NCBI GenBank assembly: GCA_946645685.1
Contig: CAMPCJ010000002.1
Span: forward strand, 1-63,666
Source of the DNA: an uncultured Clostridia bacterium
GTDB taxonomy: Bacteria; Bacillota; Clostridia; Oscillospirales; SIG627
Length of the DNA stretch: 63,666 nucleotides
Direction of reading: 5' to 3'
Shown: positions 43,675 to 52,706 of the stretch, piece after piece
Position numbering within the stretch: the first letter of the stretch is position 1
Layout: every line of letters starts with the position of its first letter
The notes under the pieces: model-generated
Databases searched by the model: none
The model's input: the letters and a program-made list of their open reading frames with translations, nothing else
Told to the model about the DNA's origin: nothing
Made by a program: the position numbers and the translations under genes

Positions 43675-46152
43675 ATGCCGAAAAGCCAATTTGTAGACCC
43701 CAAAAAAGCCTTTGAAAAAGGTTCCATTCATTTCAAAGACATTCCTGTTTGTCAGTATAACAAGACGCTTGAACAGGAAAAGAAGATTTATACCAAAAAG
43801 GACTTCATGCGCATCTATCGTGATATGGCGATCATTCGTGAGTTCGAAACGATGCTCAACGACGTCAAAACGAAAAGCTGCTACAACGGAGTCGAATATA
43901 ACAACCCCGGACCCGCTCACCTTTCTATCGGTCAAGAAGCCAGCGCTGTTGGCGAAGCCTATTGCCTGGATATTGACGACCTGACCTTCGGTTCTCACAG
44001 AAGCCACGGCGAGATCCTTGCCAAGGGGCTTTCCTCCATTCAGAAGCTGGACGACAAAGAGCTCTATGACATTATGAAGGAGTTCCTGGACGGTACCGTT
44101 CTGAGCGTTGTTGAGAAGCACATGAACGCCGGCGGCGATATCAAGGAACTTGCGATCAATTTCCTTCTTTACGGTGCTTTGGCTGAAATCTTTGCCCGTA
44201 CCACCGGCTTCAACCGTGGCTTGGGCGGCTCCATGCACGCTTTCTTCATTCCTTTCGGCATCATGCCCAACAATGCCATTGTGGGCGCTGCCGCGCCTGT
44301 CGCTCTGGGCGCCGCGCTTTATAAGAGATCCAATCACAAGAAAGGCATCGTGGTCGCCAACTTCGGTGACGGCGCCTGCGGCAGAGGTCCCGTTCTGGAA
44401 TCCTTCAACTTTGCTTCCATGGATCAGATCACCAAGCTCTGGAATGACGGCAAGGGCGAAGGAATGCCTATTCTGTTCAACGTATTTAACAACCACTACG
44501 GTATGGGCGGTCAGACGCGCGGCGAAACGATGGGCTTTGATATGGTCGCTCGTCTCGGCGCCGGCTTCAATCCCACGCAGATGAACGCGGAACGGGTCAA
44601 CGGCTATGATCCCCTGGCGGTCATTGACGCCGTGACACGTCAGAAGAAACTCCTGCTGAAGGGCAAGGGTCCGTCTCTGCTTGACGTTGTCACCTATCGT
44701 GTGTCCGGTCACTCGCCCTCCGACTCTTCTACTTACCGTACGCCCGAAGAGATCCAGGCGTGGAAAGACGCGGATCCCATTCCCGCTTTCAAGAACAAGC
44801 TCATCGCCGGCGGCATTGCAACCGAAGCCGAATTCGATGCGATCCAGGAGCAGGTCACGCGCCGCATGACGGAGATCATGAAGCTTGCGATCAACGACGA
44901 GATCTCTCCCCGTATGGATCTGGAAAAGAATCCCGACGCCATTTCCGGTATGATGTTCTCGAACCTGCACGTTCCGAACATGGATCCCGGCCGAGAGCCT
45001 GAAATGACTCTGCCCAAAGAGGAATGCCCCCGTGTCAAGGAGCTTAAGACCAAGGTACGCACCGCGTTTGACGCCAACGGCAAGCCTGTATCCAAAATGA
45101 AGGTGTTCAATATCCGCGACGGTCTTGCCGAGCCGATCATCGATAAGTTCTATGAAGATCCCACTCTGATCGCCTACGGTGAAGATAACCGCGACTGGGG
45201 CGGCGCTTTCGGCGTATACAAGAAGATGACGGAAGCCATCCCTTATCATCGCTTCTTCAACGCGCCCATTTCCGAATCCGCGATCGTCGGTTCCGCCGTT
45301 GGTTACGCTATGTGCGGCGGGCGTGCTATTGTTGAACTGATGTATGCCGACTTTATCGGCTGCGCCGGTGATGAGATCTTTAACCAGATGGCGAAGTGGC
45401 AATCGATGTCCGCCGGCATTTTGAAGATGCCCATCATCCTCCGTGTTTCCGTCGGTTCAAAGTATGGCGCACAGCATTCTCAGGACTGGACCGCTCTTAC
45501 CGCGCACATTCCCGGACTGAAGGTCGTGTTCCCGTCTACGCCTTACGACGCAAAAGGCTTGATGCAAGCCGCTTTGAACGGCACCGATCCTGTCATCTTC
45601 TTTGAATCCCAGAGGATCTATGATAAAGGTGAAGAATTCCACGAAGGCGGAGTTCCTGCCGAACCTTATGAGATCACCATCGGCGATCCCGACGTGAAAC
45701 GGAAGGGCAAGGACGTTACCATTCTTACCATCGGCGCCGTTTTGTACCGCGCGCTGGAAGCAGCTAAGATCCTGGAAGAGAAGTATGGCGTTTCCGCTGA
45801 AGTCATTGACACCCGCTCGATCGTTCCTTTCGATTACAGCAAAGTGATCGAATCCGTCAAGAAGACCGGCAAGTGCGTGATCGTCGGTGACGCTGTGGAG
45901 CGTAACTCCGTTATGCGTGATATGGCTTCCAACATCACGGAAATGGCGTTCGATTATCTGGATGGTCCCGTTACGGTAGTTGGCTCTCGCAACTGGATCA
46001 CGCCTTGCTTCGAGCTGGATCATATGTTCTTCCCGCAGCCCGAATGGATCATTGACGCGATTCACGAAAAGATCATGCCTCTTCCCGGTCACGTGGCGAA
46101 AAACAACTTCACCACCATCGAAAAGATCGAAAGAGCAAAGAAAGGCATCTGA
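43675..46152 (+). CDS. Fused E1 alpha-beta thiamine-diphosphate-dependent 2-oxoacid dehydrogenase component
   Basis: 825 aa. The N-terminal half carries the E1-alpha pattern (SHRSHGEILAKG, GGSMH, GDGACGRG...NNHYGMGG). The C-terminal half carries the E1-beta/transketolase-like pattern (AYGEDNRDWGGAFGVYK...FNAPISESAIVG...FPSTPYDAKGLM). Confidence 0.85.
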   Translation: MPKSQFVDPKKAFEKGSIHFKDIPVCQYNKTLEQEKKIYTKKDFMRIYRDMAIIREFETMLNDVKTKSCYNGVEYNNPGPAHLSIGQEASAVGEAYCLDIDDLTFGSHRSHGEILAKGLSSIQKLDDKELYDIMKEFLDGTVLSVVEKHMNAGGDIKELAINFLLYGALAEIFARTTGFNRGLGGSMHAFFIPFGIMPNNAIVGAAAPVALGAALYKRSNHKKGIVVANFGDGACGRGPVLESFNFASMDQITKLWNDGKGEGMPILFNVFNNHYGMGGQTRGETMGFDMVARLGAGFNPTQMNAERVNGYDPLAVIDAVTRQKKLLLKGKGPSLLDVVTYRVSGHSPSDSSTYRTPEEIQAWKDADPIPAFKNKLIAGGIATEAEFDAIQEQVTRRMTEIMKLAINDEISPRMDLEKNPDAISGMMFSNLHVPNMDPGREPEMTLPKEECPRVKELKTKVRTAFDANGKPVSKMKVFNIRDGLAEPIIDKFYEDPTLIAYGEDNRDWGGAFGVYKKMTEAIPYHRFFNAPISESAIVGSAVGYAMCGGRAIVELMYADFIGCAGDEIFNQMAKWQSMSAGILKMPIILRVSVGSKYGAQHSQDWTALTAHIPGLKVVFPSTPYDAKGLMQAALNGTDPVIFFESQRIYDKGEEFHEGGVPAEPYEITIGDPDVKRKGKDVTILTIGAVLYRALEAAKILEEKYGVSAEVIDTRSIVPFDYSKVIESVKKTGKCVIVGDAVERNSVMRDMASNITEMAFDYLDGPVTVVGSRNWITPCFELDHMFFPQPEWIIDAIHEKIMPLPGHVAKNNFTTIEKIERAKKGI

Positions 46153-46160
46153 TCTTCAAG

Positions 46161-46200
46161 AAAAAATACGGCAGAACAAATGTTCTGCCGTATTTTTCTT
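46161..46200 (+). terminator. Rho-independent terminator after the dehydrogenase operon
   Basis: ATACGGCAGAAC-AAAT-GTTCTGCCGTAT followed by TTTTTCTT. Confidence 0.85.
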
Positions 46201-46256
46201 GCTAAAAAATCGAATTTGAAGTATAATGAAATACAAAGCAAAGGAGAAAGACGGAT

Positions 46257-46814
46257 ATGATAAGAAAGCTCTCGCTCATTCTATGCGCGGTTATATTCTT
46301 GACACTTGCATCCTGCGGCATAGATCCGATCATACCGGAAAAGTCGGAAAGTGCTTCGAGTTTTCAAGATCAGATCGTTTTATTTGAAAACGCCGTCGCC
46401 GAAATCAGTAAGCTCGACTATGATTGTATGATCTCCAAAACGGAGTATTTCAGGCCGGATGGATCCGGAGACTATGTCGGCGTTTATATTCAGAATATGT
46501 CCGATCAATCCATTTCACCTTATGACGGTGCTGCTGTGAAAGCCATTTTATCCAGCGGCATAAAAATGATCGATCTCATTCGCCGGGATGGTATGACCAT
46601 CGTTTCTTTTTCTCTCTGCATTCCCGGACGCAGTTTAGATTACGGGTACTATTATTGCTCGGAAGGGAAAGCGGTATATCTGGGAGACACAGCCGCCGCG
46701 CTGACACAAACAGAAACGGGATATACCTATACGAAGCGCTCCGCATTCGGCACGGGGGCAACCTATTATACAGAACAGTTAAGCGAATTCTTTTTTTATT
46801 ACGAGATCAATTAA
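46257..46814 (+). CDS. Hypothetical lipoprotein
   Basis: MIRKLSLILCAVIFLTLASCG (lipobox). 185 aa. Confidence 0.6.
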   Translation: MIRKLSLILCAVIFLTLASCGIDPIIPEKSESASSFQDQIVLFENAVAEISKLDYDCMISKTEYFRPDGSGDYVGVYIQNMSDQSISPYDGAAVKAILSSGIKMIDLIRRDGMTIVSFSLCIPGRSLDYGYYYCSEGKAVYLGDTAAALTQTETGYTYTKRSAFGTGATYYTEQLSEFFFYYEIN

Positions 46815-46818
46815 AGTC

Positions 46819-46852
46819 AAGCAGGGATCGAAATGCGATCCCTGCTTCCTTT
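46819..46852. terminator. Bidirectional terminator between convergent genes
   Basis: AAGCAGGGATCG-AAATG-CGATCCCTGCTT followed by CCTTTTT. Confidence 0.75.
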
Positions 46853-47395
46853 TTATGATAAAAATTTCAGATCGCCGCTGAATAGCGCCAAAATGGTACT
46901 GTAGATGTGTTCGGCGCGCTTTTCAAAGCCCTCTTTCATCAAATCAACTTCTTCTTTGTTATCAAGATAGAGCTTTACTTCCATCAGATCGAACTTGTTA
47001 TTCCGAACGTTACAAATGAGATTATACCCGTCGCCGGAGCGCTCGACACGGGAGGCGATGGTGCTGCCGTCCTTTTTAAAAGCAAGTAGCCTTGTGGCGC
47101 TTCTCATGATCCGTTCTTTGATTGGATTTAAAACCGTATCTTCCACAGACTCCACGCTGACCCTGCCAACGTGAGAAATGCGATAAGCTTCCTTTCCGTA
47201 TTCATCTGTAATTTTATCAATAGACCCGTTTTCCACAAGTTTGTTGAAGCAATCGGTGAAAACGAAATAGTTTATGGATCCATCCCAAACGATGATCTCT
47301 GAAATGGTTTGAAAATCCAGATCCTGATCCAACTCTTTGAGCAGATACAGAAGCAGGATCTTGATTTTTTCATCGTTATACATACGATAAGCCAA
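46853..47395 (-). CDS. DUF4364-family protein
   Basis: DEKIKILLLYLLKELDQDLDFQTISEIIVWDGSINYFVFTDCFNKLVENGSI is a typical DUF4364 N-terminal wHTH-like pattern. AAGGAGG sits 8 nt before the TTG at 47395. The alternative ATG is at 47383 and the track start is 47449. Confidence 0.6.
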   Translation of the reverse strand: MAYRMYNDEKIKILLLYLLKELDQDLDFQTISEIIVWDGSINYFVFTDCFNKLVENGSIDKITDEYGKEAYRISHVGRVSVESVEDTVLNPIKERIMRSATRLLAFKKDGSTIASRVERSGDGYNLICNVRNNKFDLMEVKLYLDNKEEVDLMKEGFEKRAEHIYSTILALFSGDLKFLS

Positions 47396-47580
47396 GGCGC
47401 ACACCTCCTTTTTCACCCCCATTGTATCATACTTTTGACTGACACACAATGAAAATTTCCAGGTTTTTACGGGATTAAGTCAAAAAAGACTGCCAAAAAT
47501 AGTAGCGAGCCCAAAAGAATCTGTGCATTCTTCACCGGGCCGTGAGAACAATTCTCAATTCACAATAAGGAGTAACGAAA

Positions 47581-47775
47581 ATGGCTAATAAGTCTCTTGT
47601 TCCTGAGGCTAAGGAAGCTCTTAATCGCTTCAAAATGGAAGCCGCTTCCGAAGTCGGTGTTTCCCTCAAGCAGGGTTACAATGGTGACCTGACCTCTAAG
47701 CAGGCCGGTTCCATTGGCGGTCAGATGGTCAAAAAGCTGATCGAAAACGCCGAGAACCAGATGAAGACCAGATAA
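47581..47775 (+). CDS. Alpha/beta-type small acid-soluble spore protein
   Basis: 64 aa. EAKEALNRFKMEAASEVGV...QAGSIGGQMVKKLIE is the SASP signature. RBS AAGGAG. Confidence 0.9.
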   Translation: MANKSLVPEAKEALNRFKMEAASEVGVSLKQGYNGDLTSKQAGSIGGQMVKKLIENAENQMKTR

Positions 47776-47786
47776 CGACGGTCGAC

Positions 47787-47828
47787 CAAAAAACGGACGG
47801 GATCAATCCCGTCCGTTTTCTATTTTTT
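47787..47828 (+). terminator. Rho-independent terminator after the SASP gene
   Basis: ACGGACGGGA-TCAA-TCCCGTCCGT followed by TTTTCTATTTTTT. Confidence 0.85.
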
Positions 47829-47843
47829 ACCAGATTTGAAAAA

Positions 47844-47873
47844 GAATGACCGCTCCGGATCCCGTCCATAATA
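47844..47873 (+). promoter_or_regulatory. Forespore-type (sigma-F/sigma-G) promoter upstream of sigG
   Basis: GAATG (47844-47848), 18-nt spacer, CATAATA (47867-47873). This fits the published GHATR-17/18-CATnnTA consensus. Confidence 0.55.
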
Positions 47874-47900
47874 AGGGCAAATAGGGAAAGGAGTGATCCA

Positions 47901-48716
47901 TTGGCAAATAAAGTGGAAGTGTCCGGCATAAGCACCGCCACCTTGAAAGTCTTGTCGGAAGAAGAAAAGGCCACGCTTTTACAGCGGGTAAAGGATGGAG
48001 ATCGATGCGCGAGAGATGAGCTGATCACCGGCAACCTTCGTCTTGTTCTGAGTGTTATTCAACGCTTTATGCGGCGTTCCGATAGCCCCGACGATCTGTT
48101 TCAAGTCGGTTGTGTTGGACTGATCAAAGCGGTAGATAACTTTGACGTCAATCAAAATGTAAAATTCAGCACCTATGCCGTTCCCATGATCATCGGCGAG
48201 GTACGACGATATTTAAGAGATAACAATATCATACGCGTGTCCAGATCCATTCGGGATCTTGCATATCGAGCGCTGGGCGAGCGCGAAGCCTTATCCGTCA
48301 AACTTGATCGCGATCCGACGATCGCCGAGATCACTCGCTCTTTAAACGAAAAGAATGCGGACGTTGAAGAGAGTCGGAATGGTGTACCCTTCACGGAAAA
48401 AGAAGTCAGTGACGCGTTGGACGCCGTCTTAGATCCGGTCTCTCTTTATGATCCGGTCTATTCGGACGGAAGCGATACGATCTCCATTATGGATCAGATC
48501 TATGACGTAAAAGGATCATCAGACAAATGGATCGAAAGTATTGCGCTGAATCAAGCCGTTTCCGGTCTTCGCGAACGTGAAAAAAGAATTCTTGAATTGA
48601 GATTCTATCAAGGTAAAACGCAAATGGAAGTTGCAGATGACGTGGGTATCAGTCAAGCACAGGTTAGTCGTTTGGAAAAAAATGCCTTGATGAGGATCAG
48701 AAAGCAGATGATATGA
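47901..48716 (+). CDS. sigG: RNA polymerase sporulation sigma factor SigG
   Basis: NKVEVSGISTATLKVL...GNLRLVLSVIQRF...DDLFQVGCVGLIKAVDNFD...VKFSTYAVPMIIGEVRRYLRDNNIIRVSRS is collinear with B. subtilis SigG. TTG start at 47901, 7 nt after GGAAAGGAG. Confidence 0.85.
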   Translation: MANKVEVSGISTATLKVLSEEEKATLLQRVKDGDRCARDELITGNLRLVLSVIQRFMRRSDSPDDLFQVGCVGLIKAVDNFDVNQNVKFSTYAVPMIIGEVRRYLRDNNIIRVSRSIRDLAYRALGEREALSVKLDRDPTIAEITRSLNEKNADVEESRNGVPFTEKEVSDALDAVLDPVSLYDPVYSDGSDTISIMDQIYDVKGSSDKWIESIALNQAVSGLREREKRILELRFYQGKTQMEVADDVGISQAQVSRLEKNALMRIRKQMI

Positions 48717-50017
48717 AAAGAAAATGGATCTTTATGTCTTTGATCACGGGGCTGATCATGCTCGCAGGCGTTATGTTTTTGGATTTCTTTCGCACTTTAC
48801 AAGGGAATCAGGACGATGTAACGGTCGAACCGGTGATCCAAAAGGAAGAAATAGAAGCGGCGCCCGTCCTGCAAAGCGATCCGCTTGATCTAAACGGCAC
48901 CGCGACAAGCGAAAATGAAAATAAGAATGAAGCTTCTCGGATCCGTATCTCTGTATTTGGAAACGTATTGCTTCACGAAAACGTTTTGAAGCAAGCCAAT
49001 CAAGCGTTAACAGGAACAGAGGAGATCGATTATGCAAAAGGGTTTGACTTCAAACCAATGTTTTCGGAAGTAAAAGATTTGATCGAGTCTACCGACCTAT
49101 CCCTGATTAATCAGGCAAGCCTTGTGGGTGCCAACGACGCACCTTCAGCCTTATGTGGTTATCCGGCTTTTAACGGTCCTTCCTCTATTTTGGACGATTA
49201 TGCCGCATTGGGTTTCGACGGCGTGAATATGGCAACAAATCACGCCCTTGATACAGGCGGAGAAGGGTGGAAGAACGCGGTTTCCGCAGCAAAAGATAAG
49301 TCCATCACAACCTTTGGCACGTATCAAAACAAGGAAGAGATCCACGATATCAAAAACAAAGTAATAAATTTGAATGGGATCCGTCTATCATTCTTGTCTT
49401 ACGTTACGGAAACCAATATGCGCCTGCTGGTAGATGAAGACATCGGGATCCCGTACGGAGCCGTCAAAGGCGGCGCGCTGAACAAGAAGATGATACGCGA
49501 AGATATAGCCGCCTGCAAGGAATGCTCGGACATCGTGATCGTATGGATCAACTGGGCAAATGACGCATCTTTTGAAAGCTCGGATTTTCAGAAAGATACA
49601 GCCATCTTTCTTGCCGATGCAGGTGCTGATGTAATTCTGGGAAACGGACCGAAAGCATTGCAAAAAACCGAATGGATCACGTCAGACAGTGGAAAGAAAA
49701 CACTTTGTTCTTATTCCTTAGGAAATTCTCTTTGTACCATGCAATATATCGAAAATCTTTTAGGAGGCATTTTGATTTTTGACGTGGAAAAAGATGAAAG
49801 CGGGGCCTCGATAAAAAACGTTGTGATAGAACCGACTATGATCGAGTACGATGAAACGATCAGAAACATCAAATTGATTCGGTTAAACACATTTACTGAA
49901 GACAGATTTGATAGCCACGGAAGTAATGTTCTATACGGAAAAGGGAAGTATTCCTGGCTTACAGAAACGATAAACAAGCAGATCGAGCCGCTATTTATGC
50001 CCGCCGCCTACCGATAG
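48713..50017 (+). CDS. CapA-family (PGA_cap metallophosphatase-like) membrane-anchored protein
   Basis: N-terminal TM segment. Then FGNVLLHENV...NMATNHALD...FLSYV...VIVWINWAN, typical of CapA/PGA_cap. Confidence 0.7.
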   Translation: MKRKWIFMSLITGLIMLAGVMFLDFFRTLQGNQDDVTVEPVIQKEEIEAAPVLQSDPLDLNGTATSENENKNEASRIRISVFGNVLLHENVLKQANQALTGTEEIDYAKGFDFKPMFSEVKDLIESTDLSLINQASLVGANDAPSALCGYPAFNGPSSILDDYAALGFDGVNMATNHALDTGGEGWKNAVSAAKDKSITTFGTYQNKEEIHDIKNKVINLNGIRLSFLSYVTETNMRLLVDEDIGIPYGAVKGGALNKKMIREDIAACKECSDIVIVWINWANDASFESSDFQKDTAIFLADAGADVILGNGPKALQKTEWITSDSGKKTLCSYSLGNSLCTMQYIENLLGGILIFDVEKDESGASIKNVVIEPTMIEYDETIRNIKLIRLNTFTEDRFDSHGSNVLYGKGKYSWLTETINKQIEPLFMPAAYR

Positions 50018-50057
50018 AAAAAAGGACTTTGGGAAAACCCCAAAGTCCTTTTTTTAA
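50018..50057. terminator. Bidirectional terminator between capA-like and transketolase genes
   Basis: AAAAAAGGACTTTGGG-AAAA-CCCAAAGTCCTTTTTTT. Confidence 0.85.
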
Positions 50058-50062
50058 GGCTA

Positions 50063-51025
50063 TTATTTGAGCGCAATGGCTTCTTTGGCTTTTGCCACAA
50101 TAAAGGGAGCGGAAAGCCCGAATTCGTCGATCAGTTCAGTCGCCTTGCCGGATTTACCGAAGCAGTCGTTCACACCCACGCGAAGAACAGGAACGGGAGT
50201 CTTTTCGCAAAGAGCCTCACAAACGGCGCTGCCGAGACCGCCGATGATGCTGTGTTCCTCCGCGGTGACCACGCATCCGGTCTTCGCCGCGCTCTTCTGA
50301 AGAAGTTCCTTATCGATAGGCTTGATGGTATGGATATCGATGATCTCGGCGGAAATGCCGTCAGAGGCGAGCGTATCCGCCGCTTTCAACGCTTCCGCAA
50401 CGCTGATACCGGTCGCCACGATTGTGACGTCCTTCCCTTCGCGAAGGGTAATACCTTTTCCGATCTCAAACTCAAACGTATCTTCATCGTTGACGACCGG
50501 TACGGCGAGACGACCGAAACGCAGGTAAACAGGTCCTTCATAATCAATAGCGGCGCGCACAGCGGCTCTGGCTTCCACGGCATCCGCAGGATTGATCACG
50601 ACCATACCGGGGATCGTGCGCATAATGGAAATGTCTTCATTGCATTGATGGGTGGCGCCGTCTTCCCCTACCGTGATACCCGCGTGAGTGGCGCCGATCT
50701 TAACGTTCAGGTGAGGATACCCAACAGAGTTGCGCACCTGCTCGAAGGCACGACCCGCGGCAAACATGGCAAACGAACTGGCAAAGGCGATCTTACCCGT
50801 GGTGGCAAGTCCCGCCGCAACGCTGATCATATTGCCTTCAGCGATACCGCAATTGAAGAAGCGGTCCGGATATACCTTCTTGAAATTTGCGGTTTTGGTG
50901 GACTTAGAAAGGTCAGCGTCCAACACCACGATGCGTTCATCGGCGCCGAATTCTGCGAGAGCATCGCCGTACGCTTCCCGGGTCGCTACTTTCTGCCCGA
51001 TCTCATATTTCTTAGTAAGTTTCAT
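50063..51025 (-). CDS. Transketolase, C-terminal (pyrimidine-binding) subunit
   Basis: 320 aa. ATREAYGDAL, FNCGIAEGNM, THAGITVGEDGATHQ. Confidence 0.9.
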   Translation of the reverse strand: MKLTKKYEIGQKVATREAYGDALAEFGADERIVVLDADLSKSTKTANFKKVYPDRFFNCGIAEGNMISVAAGLATTGKIAFASSFAMFAAGRAFEQVRNSVGYPHLNVKIGATHAGITVGEDGATHQCNEDISIMRTIPGMVVINPADAVEARAAVRAAIDYEGPVYLRFGRLAVPVVNDEDTFEFEIGKGITLREGKDVTIVATGISVAEALKAADTLASDGISAEIIDIHTIKPIDKELLQKSAAKTGCVVTAEEHSIIGGLGSAVCEALCEKTPVPVLRVGVNDCFGKSGKATELIDEFGLSAPFIVAKAKEAIALK

Positions 51026-51041
51026 AATACTGTCCTCCTTC

Positions 51042-51878
51042 TCAATTCAGGGAAGCGAGGTGCGCTTCCAATTCGGCTTTTGCCTGGGCATACTGTTCCG
51101 CGTTGGGAGCGCTGCCATGCCAGCCGGCTTCGTTTTCCATAAAGGATACGCCTTTACCTTTGACGTCTTTGCAGATAATGGCAAAGGGCTTGTCACTCTT
51201 ATCAGCCTGCGCGACCGCTTCCTCGATCTGGTCAAAATCGTGACCATTGATCACGGCAACGTTCCAACCGAAGGCTTTGAATTTCTCGTCAATGGGCGTG
51301 GGATTCATAACTTTCGTAATATCGCCATCGATTTGAAGACCATTGAAATCGATGAAAGCGCACAAGTTATTCAGCCCGTAATGCGCTGCGAACATAGCGG
51401 CTTCCCATACCTGACCTTCTTCCAACTCACCGTCGCCGAGAATGGTATAAACACGCCAGGACGCCTTATCGATCTTGGCGGCTTTCGCCATACCGCAGGC
51501 TGCGGAAACGCCTTGTCCCAAGGAGCCGGACGACATATCTACACCGGGGATGTGCTTCATATCCGGGTGACCCTGCAGAATACTCGTTTTGGAGCGGAAA
51601 GTCTTCAGGATAGCGGTATCAAAGAAACCGCGAAGCGCCAATGCAGCATAGAGAGCGGGGCAGGTATGTCCTTTGGAAAGAACAAAGCGGTCGCGATCAG
51701 CCTTCTTGGGATCCTTAGGATCGATATTCATCTTATCAAAATACAGATAGGCAAGAATATCCGCGATGGAAAGGGATCCGCCGGGATGACCGGAAGACGC
51801 GCTGAACACTTCTTCCAAAGCACCGAGCCGGATCTTTGTCGCGATTTTTTCAAGTTCCAGTTTCTTTTGCTGTTCCAT
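51042..51878 (-). CDS. Transketolase, N-terminal (TPP-binding) subunit
   Basis: SGHPGGSLS, SKGHTCPALYA, GDGELEEGQVWEA. GGAGGA sits 6 nt before the ATG at 51878. Confidence 0.9.
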   Translation of the reverse strand: MEQQKKLELEKIATKIRLGALEEVFSASSGHPGGSLSIADILAYLYFDKMNIDPKDPKKADRDRFVLSKGHTCPALYAALALRGFFDTAILKTFRSKTSILQGHPDMKHIPGVDMSSGSLGQGVSAACGMAKAAKIDKASWRVYTILGDGELEEGQVWEAAMFAAHYGLNNLCAFIDFNGLQIDGDITKVMNPTPIDEKFKAFGWNVAVINGHDFDQIEEAVAQADKSDKPFAIICKDVKGKGVSFMENEAGWHGSAPNAEQYAQAKAELEAHLASLN

Positions 51879-51899
51879 AATGTTTCCTCCGATGTTCAT

Positions 51900-52706
51900 T
51901 TATTGTCTTTGCAATTGGTCTATCAAATCCGCGATACATGCCAGGTTGTGGTCGCGGAGATGGAGCTTGGAAATAGATTTGACTGCCTCGTTGGCATTTG
52001 CAGGGCAGGCTGCGATATCAGATGCGGAAAGCATATCCAAATCATTGTCATAGTCCCCGACGCAAACGATTTTTCTGCCGGGGTAGAGCGCTTTGAGATT
52101 CTCGATCTGACGCCCTTTTGAAGCGTTACCGTTCAAGATCTCCGTCAGGTTCGGGCTGGAGCCGGATACGGTAACCAAAGGCAAATAGGACTCAAGGTGC
52201 GATTGAAGAGCGGGCTTTTCATCAGCCGGAACGTCATAGGTGAGCTTATACCAAATGCGATCCAGATGATGAGAGAGATCGTCCACTACCGTAACGGCTG
52301 AAAAACGCTGCAGCCGTTTCTCCAAATGCGGCGTCATATGATCCGACAAAAAGCCACGGTCGGTGCAAATTCGATATCCGGCATTGGGAAACAAGGCTCT
52401 CGTTTCATCAATAATGCGTTTGGCGATCGATTTGTCCAATTGCCTGTTATCAAGAACTGTTCCGCGATCAAAATCATAAAGGCAAGCGCCGCCGCTTAGA
52501 ATGGCAGGGCCGGAAACGATCTCACCGACAGACGGAAAAATAACGCGCAGGATCGCTTCGCTTCTGCCGGTGGCGATGGTAAACATCCCGCCTTTGTTCT
52601 GAAAAGAGCGGATCGCTTTTATATTCTCGGGCAAGATCGCGCTCCTATCACCGAAAAAGGTACCGTCAAGATCCGAAACGATCAAATACTGTTCTTCAGG
52701 ATTCAT
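51900..52706 (-). CDS. Cof-type HAD-IIB phosphatase
   Basis: LIVSDLDGTFF, ATGR, VGDYDNDLDM. Confidence 0.8.
   Translation of the reverse strand: MNPEEQYLIVSDLDGTFFGDRSAILPENIKAIRSFQNKGGMFTIATGRSEAILRVIFPSVGEIVSGPAILSGGACLYDFDRGTVLDNRQLDKSIAKRIIDETRALFPNAGYRICTDRGFLSDHMTPHLEKRLQRFSAVTVVDDLSHHLDRIWYKLTYDVPADEKPALQSHLESYLPLVTVSGSSPNLTEILNGNASKGRQIENLKALYPGRKIVCVGDYDNDLDMLSASDIAACPANANEAVKSISKLHLRDHNLACIADLIDQLQRQ

Noticed and set aside
43651-45402. 583-aa minus-strand ORF inside the E1 gene. Similar long antisense ORFs occur at 42742-43608, 45457-46092, 50252-51142, 50730-52121, 28272-29165, 17647-18462, 36036-36755, 58520-59152 and 13675-14379.
   Set aside because: These are shadow ORFs lying antisense to strongly recognisable conserved genes. 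Their translations are R/G/H/D-rich low-complexity strings with no motifs or RBS.
47450-47580. Sigma-G promoter upstream of the SASP gene.
   Set aside because: One is expected biologically. However, the only CATnnTA-like element (CACAATA at 47561-47567) sits too close to the RBS, and other candidates have poor -35 elements or spacing.
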